Virus record (IMG/VR): IMGVR_UViG_3300010155_004257
Coordinates: 1-49,925 of that record
From: a virus
Lineage: Duplodnaviria; Caudoviricetes
DNA: 49,925 nt
Reading direction: 5' to 3' (one strand)
The notes beneath the pieces are model-generated. The model ran no database searches and had not been told where the DNA came from. It was given only the letters and a program-made list of their open reading frames with translations. Positions 18,484-27,200 of the stretch are shown here, one piece after another. The position numbers and the translations under genes are program-made. Each line of letters opens with the position of its first letter. Positions within the stretch are counted from its first letter, which is position 1.

Positions 18484-18695
18484 GAAAAACTACCACTACC
18501 ACTCGGACGCAGAAAAGAAGTACTGCGCCCACCACCACAGATACAGCCACGCCTCTGTCGCGCGGCCAAGTTGAGGAGATAGTCGATGAGATGCTACGCA
18601 CAGCCTTCCGAGACCATGCGCGCAACATAGAGGAACACCTCAAGAGTATTCACGATCGTCTGGTTCGGATCGAGACTCACGGAGCCCTGCGATGA
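18480..18695 (+). CDS. Small hypothetical protein with Thr-rich N-terminus
   Basis: ATGA overlaps at both ends and an AGGA SD-like sequence upstream. Confidence 0.65.
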   Translation: MRKTTTTTRTQKRSTAPTTTDTATPLSRGQVEEIVDEMLRTAFRDHARNIEEHLKSIHDRLVRIETHGALR

Positions 18696-18904
18696 AATTA
18701 TCCAATCAAGCTCTTGGCGCCCTGATGATGGCGTTGCAGAAGTCTCTGATGGAGCAAAGCGACATCGTACCAGTTTTGAAAGAGTTTAACTTTGTCTTTG
18801 ACCCCGAGGACTCTAGTCATTCGACGCTTGTTGTAACCAACCCTCCGGTTGTGAAGCTTGAAGAAGCCGAAGATAGCGAAGAAACTCCGGCTTTCGAAGA
18901 CTAA
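18692..18904 (+). CDS. Small hypothetical protein (70 aa)
   Basis: Coupled to the upstream ORF; GGAG SD upstream. Confidence 0.7.
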   Translation: MKLSNQALGALMMALQKSLMEQSDIVPVLKEFNFVFDPEDSSHSTLVVTNPPVVKLEEAEDSEETPAFED

Positions 18905-18906
18905 AA

Positions 18907-19152
18907 GTGCCACGGTACACTTATCGTTGCACAAGCTGTGATATACACCAAGACATTTTTCATCTTGCTGATGAAAAGCCGCCCGGTTGTACACAATGCA
19001 GCAATACAGATAATTTAGTCAAACTCTTGAGCCCCATCACAACACGGCGGAAAACTAAAAGCGTTCCCAAGACCGGCGTAGTTACAGAGGAGTTTATTGA
19101 GAACTCCCGACAAGAGTTGGAACAACAAAAAGAAGCGTTGCTAAAGAAATGA
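18907..19152 (+). CDS. FmdB-family zinc-ribbon protein
   Basis: MPRYTYRCTSC ... CTQC; GTG start. Confidence 0.8.
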   Translation: MPRYTYRCTSCDIHQDIFHLADEKPPGCTQCSNTDNLVKLLSPITTRRKTKSVPKTGVVTEEFIENSRQELEQQKEALLKK

Positions 19153-19484
19153 CATATACAGTAATTTTTGTTTTATCCCTTTTGCTAAACATCACATTAA
19201 TATGGTATAGCGTCCGCCTCTTACGCACACTTCTATTTGTTTCTGATAATTTAGCGGATATGTATTTTACATTACGATCTTTTTCTATTTTTGTTAAATC
19301 TCTATATGGAATGAATTCGTTTCATGGCGAGCCGATTATCCAAGAGCTTGTTGAACGCGTGGGGATCGTCCTCCGCGAGATAGAGGTGTTCAGAGATGTC
19401 TTTGAGTATACACTGGACGAAGAATTAGAGGAAGAATTAAATGAAATTGAAAAATCCGAAGAAAATACGCCGCAAGCGGTCTAA
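19149..19484 (+). CDS. Small membrane-anchored hypothetical protein
   Basis: Hydrophobic N-terminus (VIFVLSLLLNITLIWY) and acidic tail. Confidence 0.7.
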   Translation: MTYTVIFVLSLLLNITLIWYSVRLLRTLLFVSDNLADMYFTLRSFSIFVKSLYGMNSFHGEPIIQELVERVGIVLREIEVFRDVFEYTLDEELEEELNEIEKSEENTPQAV

Positions 19485-20157
19485 GTCTAAGAAAAATTAT
19501 TACTTTACTCAAGTGCATGAAGATGCAATTATCAAATATTGCAATACCGAAGATCGGGAGCTGCGAGAGAAGTTATATGGGGAACTGATCCAACCGGCCT
19601 TCAACCAAATGGTTGATAAAATAATTTATACTTATCGTTTTACAAGTCTCCCTAACATTGGATCCCTAAGCGATGATTGCAAGGTCTGGCTGACAACCAT
19701 TCTAGAAAAATATGATCCTTCTAAGGGTTCTAAAGCGTTCTCCTACTTCTCAGTAGTCACCAAAAACTGGTTCATTCATAAAGTCAAGCGGAATCAAAAG
19801 CGAAACCGGACCGAAGTATATCTCGAAGATATGATTAACGAGATGGCCGAAGAATGCATATCTGACGAACCGAACTATGTTGATACGAGAGAAGACTTAG
19901 AATTTTGGGCATCCTTGTATAAAGAGATTGATACTTGGGACAATATTATGCTTAAAGAAAACGAACGTAAAGTTCTGATGGCTGTCCGGATTTTGATGGA
20001 CTCGGCAGATACAATTGAAATTTTCAATAAAAAAGCTATTTATCTATACTTGAGGGAGATCACGGGCTTGAATACCAAACAGGTTGTCAATAATCTTAAC
20101 AAACTACGGAAACACTATCGTACCTTCCGACGGAAGTGGGAAAGCGGTCAGATATAA
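19441..20157 (+). CDS. Phage sigma factor, T4 gp55-like (probable late transcription)
   Basis: Region-2-like LEKYDPSKGSKAFSYFSVVTKNWF, basic N-terminus with NYYF, and position just before the structural genes. Confidence 0.7.
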   Translation: MKLKNPKKIRRKRSKSKKNYYFTQVHEDAIIKYCNTEDRELREKLYGELIQPAFNQMVDKIIYTYRFTSLPNIGSLSDDCKVWLTTILEKYDPSKGSKAFSYFSVVTKNWFIHKVKRNQKRNRTEVYLEDMINEMAEECISDEPNYVDTREDLEFWASLYKEIDTWDNIMLKENERKVLMAVRILMDSADTIEIFNKKAIYLYLREITGLNTKQVVNNLNKLRKHYRTFRRKWESGQI

Positions 20158-20158
20158 T

Positions 20159-20479
20159 ATGGATAAAAAGCATAGAGTAACCCTCGAAGACTACATCGCA
20201 GAGTCTACCACTAATATTAGGGAAGACCGCGCCATGGCAAAGTCCCTCCTTATGGATACTATCCAAGATATGAAAATTGCGGAGACATCTCGTCGCGAGT
20301 TGGGGCCCATAGCAGCGAAGTATGTTGAAAACCTACAGCGCTCCAATGAACAATTGGTCAAACTTGCTGCTTTGGTCCAAAAACAGAAATCTGAGCAGTT
20401 TGGTCTCACCGCTGATGACAAAGACCAATTATTTGATCTTCTAAAAGAGGAGCAACCTGATGACAGCGGGCAAACTTGA
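20159..20479 (+). CDS. Helical hypothetical protein
   Basis: ATG at 20159, just after the sigma-factor stop; coiled-coil-like KYVENLQRSNEQLVKLAALVQK. Confidence 0.7.
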   Translation: MDKKHRVTLEDYIAESTTNIREDRAMAKSLLMDTIQDMKIAETSRRELGPIAAKYVENLQRSNEQLVKLAALVQKQKSEQFGLTADDKDQLFDLLKEEQPDDSGQT

Positions 20480-21734
20480 TTTAGAGAAGGATCTCAAATT
20501 TGGCACGCTTAACGCCATCGAAGATCAAAATGTCAAGAATTCTGGCGATAAACGTCGAACTTCTAGTCTGCAGGCACTAAACGCTTCTATACGAGAGGAG
20601 TATGAGACTAACACCTTAGAGGATGTCGAAGTTTTTCGAGGGATTGTTGTCCACAAACGCCCCATTCGTACCCCGCGCTATCAAAATCGAAGCTCCCTGT
20701 TACGAGGCTTCATTGCCGGCGACCCCGAGCTACCAGAGACCTCCGCCCCGCCCGCGGCCGAGGACACAGGCAACAATCAGGTATATAAAGCAGCCCCATA
20801 TACAGCCTATAAGGTGTATGTACCTGAGTTGGAACCTCGCCCGGCGCCGTCTAATTTCAATGATCCTGTCCTTCACACCTATCCTGATATGTTGACCCCC
20901 CCCGGCCGGCCAGATCTTAAAGACTTACCCCTAGGCGCAATTGTCGAAGTTGTGTACGAAGACCCCACGAGGCTGTATAATCCCCAGATTGTAAACGGCA
21001 CCGGCGACTCTTACATTCTCATGGCGAATTATGAAGACCAACAAAGCAACACTCAGCTTATGTTCGGCGACGGACCAATACAGCTCATGGGCAATACAGG
21101 AGCCTCTGCAGCTGGTTTTGATGGCCAGGTCAATCAGGGGACGGGTTTGCTCTTCGGGGACAGTCAGTCCGACGGAGGGAGCACTCTAGGAGGTTATCTG
21201 CCTAAAGAACTCACCGGCCTTGGACTCAAACTAGAAGTAGAAGCAAAATACGGCAAAGGATTGATAGTCGGTAAGGATCATTGGGATATCTCAAACCCGG
21301 ACGGTCGCGCGCAACAGGCGCTGACACGTGTAAAGCCTTCCTTTGTCATTGTAGAATTGGGCGGCAACGACTCTTATTACGTTGGTAATGGCGCTAGCAC
21401 TACAAAGAAAAAAACATACACGGAGACTATGAGTAGCTGGCTGACCACAATCCGATCTTATGGAAACCCTAAGATTTTATGGTTCGGCCCCTCCAAAGCA
21501 ACCAAAATTGGAGAAAATGACGTTCCCTATGATAGCTTACGACAGAATGTTCGAAATTGGCAGCAAGAAATATTAGGGAGCGCCGGCCTCGACGTCACAT
21601 GGTATGACACCGTCCCTTATACAAAAGACTTACCCATGAAAACAGATGGAGTTCACTTCGTCGCGACATCATATAAAGCATGGGCCAAGTCCCTAGTTGC
21701 ACCGAACGCCCCCCTAGACTCAGTGATACCCTAG
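20460..21734 (+). CDS. Baseplate hub/spike-associated protein A: gp5/VgrG-like OB-fold N-terminus plus SGNH/GDSL hydrolase
   Basis: LPLGAIVEVVYEDP....PQIVNG resembles the gp5 OB-fold end. SGNH blocks are FGDSQ, ELGGND and DGVHF. GAGGAG SD upstream. Confidence 0.75.
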   Translation: MTAGKLDLEKDLKFGTLNAIEDQNVKNSGDKRRTSSLQALNASIREEYETNTLEDVEVFRGIVVHKRPIRTPRYQNRSSLLRGFIAGDPELPETSAPPAAEDTGNNQVYKAAPYTAYKVYVPELEPRPAPSNFNDPVLHTYPDMLTPPGRPDLKDLPLGAIVEVVYEDPTRLYNPQIVNGTGDSYILMANYEDQQSNTQLMFGDGPIQLMGNTGASAAGFDGQVNQGTGLLFGDSQSDGGSTLGGYLPKELTGLGLKLEVEAKYGKGLIVGKDHWDISNPDGRAQQALTRVKPSFVIVELGGNDSYYVGNGASTTKKKTYTETMSSWLTTIRSYGNPKILWFGPSKATKIGENDVPYDSLRQNVRNWQQEILGSAGLDVTWYDTVPYTKDLPMKTDGVHFVATSYKAWAKSLVAPNAPLDSVIP

Positions 21735-21760
21735 GTTAGTCTAAAACGAGGAGAGAGAAA

Positions 21761-23155
21761 ATGGCAGATGGAAAATTAGACCTAAAAAAAGATCTTAAGT
21801 TTGGTGTATTGAACCCTCTTGAGGATATGAACGTGTCCAACTCCGGCGATCGCCGGCGAACCAGCAGCCTGACAGCACTGAATAGTACAACCCGGCGAAC
21901 ATATAGAAAGAATACTCTGCGCAAGCGCCAGCGGTTCAACGGTATTATTGTTCATAAAAAACAGGTTCAAACACCTCGCTATCAAAACAGGGCTACACTT
22001 CTTCAGGGCTATGTGGCAGGTCAGCCCCTAGAGGGAGCTTCTACCGAGACGAATGATTCCGCCGACCCGGCAACCACCGGTAACCAGCAGCCCTATAATG
22101 GCAACCCATATACAATTTATAAGGTGTATATTCCTGAACTCGAGCCGCGCCCAGCCCCCAAAAGTTTCACTGACCCCGTATTGCATACATATCCAGATGT
22201 CATGGCCACGGCAGGGCGCGCCGATCTCAATGGTTTGCCCTTGGGTGCGATTGTACAAGTGTCCTTCGAAGATCCTAACCGTCTTTACAATCCTCAAATT
22301 GTAGATGGGGACAAAGATAAATTTGTCTACATGGCCGGCTATGACGTAGAGCAGGCGAATCTAGAACTTATGTTCGCCGGCGGAGTTCCTGGGTTATTAG
22401 GACACACTGGAGAGTGTTCGGAGGGAGAAGGCGACGGTGGAGGAAGCGGAAATGTGAGTTTTACGTGGTCTCAGTTGGTCTCTTTGCGTCCGGCCTTTGC
22501 GGAGTTGCTAGAATACATCGCGGCCCATGAGTCTAGGGGTAACTATAATGCTGTGAATCGTGGAGTCGGCGGCGACACTCCCGGCGGATCAAAAAAGGTA
22601 CCCGGGGTAGGGAAAGATTTGACAGAGCTGACCATTAGGGAAGTTCTGGGATATATGAAGGGTGGTGCAAATGCCGCGGCAACGGGCGTAGGCGGAAAGA
22701 CTGATAAGTCTCCTAATGGTTCCGTGGGTTTTCTAGCGACGGGGAAATACCAACTGATTCCTGTTACACTCAACGGAGCAGTTCGCTCTACCGGAGTAGA
22801 TAAAAGCAAATTATATAACAAAGAAACCCAAGAAGTGTTTGGAGTGTATTTACTCTTGAAAAAAAGACCTGTTCTAGGACGTTATTTACTAGGCATGTCT
22901 AACGATGTGTGTTTAGCAGCGCAAAAGGCGGCCCTCGAATGGGCATCGTTGCCTCTGCAGTATGCGCGAGATAATGGATGCCAGCGTGGCTATAGCGCCT
23001 ATTGTAAAGGCGGCGCAAACGCTACTGAGCCCCTGAGTCGGAGCCCCGACGAAGTCGTGCAAATTTTGAAGCAAGCGCGTGAAGCAGTCCGGCAGAACTC
23101 CGTAGCGGTTAAAATGCTAGGCGATAAAGGCTATAAATCTGAGTTTGTAGCCTAA
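21761..23155 (+). CDS. Baseplate hub/spike-associated protein B: same N-terminus plus lambda-lysozyme/GH104-like domain
   Basis: First 217 aa are paralogous to protein A. The C-terminus has IAAHESRGNYNA, ATGKYQL, ETQE and EWASLP. GAGGAG SD upstream. Confidence 0.78.
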   Translation: MADGKLDLKKDLKFGVLNPLEDMNVSNSGDRRRTSSLTALNSTTRRTYRKNTLRKRQRFNGIIVHKKQVQTPRYQNRATLLQGYVAGQPLEGASTETNDSADPATTGNQQPYNGNPYTIYKVYIPELEPRPAPKSFTDPVLHTYPDVMATAGRADLNGLPLGAIVQVSFEDPNRLYNPQIVDGDKDKFVYMAGYDVEQANLELMFAGGVPGLLGHTGECSEGEGDGGGSGNVSFTWSQLVSLRPAFAELLEYIAAHESRGNYNAVNRGVGGDTPGGSKKVPGVGKDLTELTIREVLGYMKGGANAAATGVGGKTDKSPNGSVGFLATGKYQLIPVTLNGAVRSTGVDKSKLYNKETQEVFGVYLLLKKRPVLGRYLLGMSNDVCLAAQKAALEWASLPLQYARDNGCQRGYSAYCKGGANATEPLSRSPDEVVQILKQAREAVRQNSVAVKMLGDKGYKSEFVA

Positions 23156-23182
23156 ATATAGATAGGATAAGGAAAAAAGACT

Positions 23183-24193
23183 ATGGCAAAACCAAACATT
23201 AGCGTCAAAGCAGTGAGAAACAGTAAAGCTGTCGATCCTGACAAACTACCAAAGTATATCAGGCGCCAATACGACGCTTTGGAAACTGACCTCGAAAGGG
23301 CCACCTTCTTCGGTTTTGGCAATACCTCACGCCCCAATTATGACACGCCCAGTTATAACCTCTCCAAAAATGAAACAGTGGTCAGCCGCGGCAACGCATG
23401 GATTGTTTTTGGAGTTGATCGACCACACAACCTGGCCTCTGGTTTCGGCGGTCGACTGAATGCTCACTGCGCCTCGATTGATCTCGTCGCCGGGCGAATG
23501 GGATCCCGCGCCAACTCTCAGTATGAGGACGGAGAACCTATTATTGTTAATCCTAATTTCAAACTTGACGCAGCCCGTATATACATCAGTCAAAAATCTA
23601 ATGTTGATAAATACTTTGGTCTCAAGCCTGGTACAGTCGGGAATACGTCCGGCCTAGAGCCACGCTCCACTGTTGCCATAAAAGCTGACACCTTACGGTT
23701 TATAGCCCGAGAGAATATCAAACTCATAACTCACACTGATAGACAAAATTCTCAAGGTGGCGCCTGCAACGATGCTATCAATGGGCTCTATGGTATTGAT
23801 TTGATGGCCAACAACGACGACCGAGATATGCAGCCTTTGGTGAAGGGAGCTAACCTTGCTGAATGTCTGAAGGAAACCTTGACCGCGGTCCATGATTTGA
23901 GGGATATCTTTTTGACTTTCCTAGATTATAATCGTCAGTTTCAGATTCAGATGGTGGCCCATACTCACTATAGTGCTTTTTATGGCAGCCCAACATCAAT
24001 GGATTTTAATAATTTGCCCGACGGTTTCAAACGTATCATCAATCTCGTAACCAATGTTGAAACACAATGTTATCTACAAATGCAGAGGATGACAGGTATT
24101 CAACAGAAATATATTGAGGCTCCCGGTGGGGCCGAAACTGTGAAAAACGACAAAAGCTCTTATATATTGAGTAAATATAACAACACGAATTAG
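23183..24193 (+). CDS. Putative baseplate puncturing spike (gp5 C-terminal/gpV-like)
   Basis: Beta-rich (SIDLVAGR, ARIYISQK, IKADTLRFIARENIKL), followed by PLVKG..L and an HTH motif at 23960-23968 like the metal-binding HxH of spike tips; lies among baseplate genes. Confidence 0.6.
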   Translation: MAKPNISVKAVRNSKAVDPDKLPKYIRRQYDALETDLERATFFGFGNTSRPNYDTPSYNLSKNETVVSRGNAWIVFGVDRPHNLASGFGGRLNAHCASIDLVAGRMGSRANSQYEDGEPIIVNPNFKLDAARIYISQKSNVDKYFGLKPGTVGNTSGLEPRSTVAIKADTLRFIARENIKLITHTDRQNSQGGACNDAINGLYGIDLMANNDDRDMQPLVKGANLAECLKETLTAVHDLRDIFLTFLDYNRQFQIQMVAHTHYSAFYGSPTSMDFNNLPDGFKRIINLVTNVETQCYLQMQRMTGIQQKYIEAPGGAETVKNDKSSYILSKYNNTN

Positions 24194-24200
24194 GAATAGT

Positions 24201-27200
24201 ATGGCTTCTCAAATTTCCGGACCCAAATATCGCTCTCGTACGCCTGGTATCCCCTTTTATAAGGGTAAAAAGTATGTGACGCGCCTTGAGATCACCCCCA
24301 AAATCACGAGTCAGGAGAACTTCCGGGCCCGATATGAGTTGCTCCACGCTCAGGCGGTCGATAATTTTATAATGCATTATTATCCGGAACTGTGGCCTGG
24401 TGTCAATGATGCTCTTGACGCGGTGAACCCCGCTGCTAGCTATCAAGATTTATATATTGCCCTACGATCGAGTATCGAGGATGCCGTGATACTGAGGGGG
24501 TTCTATCAGCCAACGGCACCTCCTATTCAGGGGCGTTCGTTTATTGTCGCGACCTATGACCCGAAACATTCCGTTGATGTGATCCGAAAACAACTTAAAA
24601 GGGCCTCCTTCGACGGCGGAACTCCCTTCCCGACAACCCAAAACTCAGAGGGCAATTCCATCCGCCTAGGCCTCCCGTCCATCGACCCGGTCATTGCATA
24701 TTATAATAGTATTCAAGAACTCGGAGGAATCACAGGAGAAAGTTCAGAGAGCACCTTTATAGTCGGTTCCATGATGGAAGATCAGGATATCGTGAACAAC
24801 GGTCTAAGGGCATTTGCACTGCAGATGATGGCCTTCCCCGGCGGCATAAATTCTAGTCTAGATATGCCATTTCTCCAGCAGGATGTACAGCAGTTCCTTA
24901 ATCTGTTTATTCGTACTTTGGTGAATCAGTTCTCAACTCAACAGGAAACACATGCATTTGATGAAGCTGATACTTTGACTATCTTTTTTGGTAAATACCA
25001 AGACTCCTCACAGATAGCTATCTCTCGTATGGAATACCTAGTGGTTGACGAATCCCCTAGTCCCCAAACCCTGGCGGTGGGTTATCTTACCAATATGAGC
25101 TATAATCCGTCTTTTAGGGATAAATTGACGCTATCCATGCTTAGTAACTATGAAGATACTCTGGAAGGTATGAAGAATATGTCTCCGGGACTCCCGGGCC
25201 AACCTATGATGATGGATGGAGAACAGTTCTCTTTTTATACTTTTGCTTCCGGGCTTCAAGAAGACGGGGTCGATCTGGGTGCTACGTCGGAGAATTGGGA
25301 AGAGTTCAAATTCATTACGCCTATTGTAAATGCTGCCGCCGAAGAAATCGTTGATGGTTATGCGAAAGCAGCCATTGAGGCCGGCCTGCCGTTCGACACG
25401 AAGCAACTCACAGAGGGGATCGAGGTCGCCCTTACATCCAAAGAAATTCGGGATCTCCGGGAGAAAATACTCAACAACCCGGAACTTGCACAAAAGGTCT
25501 TTGCTGAGCAAAAAGCGAAGACACTCAAAGCTGGGATCAATGTTTCAAAGAAGTTAGGTAAAATCTTAGAGTCAGGCCCCATGGGATTTGTGAAAAAGAA
25601 CTCCCCCTTGGATCAAGTGTTCCGGCAGTTTGGAATCCAAGAAGTGGCGAAAGAAGCCTTCCGTTGTGCCACCTTTGGGCTTGCGCCAGAACTAGCTCGG
25701 ATCAACAGTGCAGTCCAGAAGGCTCTCACTAATCAAGCAGGCAGCATTTATTTACCACCTCCTCAACAGCCAGCTGCCTCTATTAGCAAACCTGACATCG
25801 ATTTAGAAATGTTTAAACCCTTTTCTATAACAGGAGATATTTGGAAACAAATTTTAAAGTCACTTATCGATGGCCTTCGTAATGCTGTTTTGGAAGTCAT
25901 GAAGGAGTTGGCTAATCTTCTCCATGAACTTTGCGATTTCAATAATCCTTTTGCGGAAGACTATGGAGCCCAAGATATAACGGATTTCCTTCCGCCGGAA
26001 CCTGACATTTATGGGCCGAACAGTGCCCTGCAGGGACTGGCGGACCGCCTAGGGGTTCCGCGGCCTACCATCTATCAGTATCTAGCTGATCTCTCAAGCA
26101 TCCTAAGCTCTATGGAAATATGTTTTCTCTTTACTGACCCGAGCCAAGTGACCGAGGAACTCCTCCAAAGGATTGTCACCTTTAACCTGACCTATGATGA
26201 CGCATATATCAGTACTGTGCTGACTAACAATAATGCTATTATGGCGTTCTTTGCCAGTCTAGCAACTATTGTGGACATCACTAACTTGTGCGATGAGATT
26301 GCTAATGCCCTTTACGACCTCAACCAGGATGATATTTGTTTAACTGAGGCCGACCTTGCTTCTGCCCTAGAATCACAAAACATTGAGTCTCTTTTAGATC
26401 TTATGGAGAATGGTCTGCAGCTAGAATTGCCGCCCATTAACTTCGAATGCCCAGACAAGGCAGGTTTCATTGAGAATCCACTGTTTAGTCGAGCAGTCCC
26501 CCAGGCGCTGAATATGACAACAGATATTGTGGAGACACTTTTCATCAATTCTAGTCAAGCAGCTCTGAGTGTACTTACAGAACCCTCAGTGAAAGGCGGC
26601 CCTAGTACTTCCGGCGCAACCTTAAAAGCTCTTTCCGAGATTGATGGTGTAGAAGGAGTCAAAAGTGAGACAACTGCCGACGCCAGCGCAAAAGCCACAA
26701 AAATGCTGGAAAAGATGGGGGGTAAATTTACCGAGTTCTCTGGTCATATCGCCGCGGCCTTTGCGGAGGGCGAGGTTTGCTCAGATGCTTTGGGCGAGAA
26801 GGCCGAGCAAATTCTGGCAGTGACCGATACTCTGATCGGGATCTTCACTTCCGGCGAATTTCTGGAAGCCATGCAGAATATTCAAGATAGCTTCGATAAT
26901 ATTACGGATACCATTGCCGCAGCCTCGGCCAGCAATCAAACGCCTCGCGTAACTTATAATTTCCCCAGCGCTTATAAAGCCGGCTTCAACAACTATCTCC
27001 CCGCAGAAGGGCCCATCTGGGCCCCTCGTTCCGAGGCGTTCCTCGGTCTCTTTGGCGGAACCGGAGAGATAACTCAGGACAGAGTAGTGGCCGGAAAGTT
27101 CTTAGCCCACACGGCAGATGATAATAGTATCAACCTATCATCGTTTGATGTCAATGAAACTAGTACCCCCGCTGGAGCTTGGTACCAAGCTCCAGCGGGG

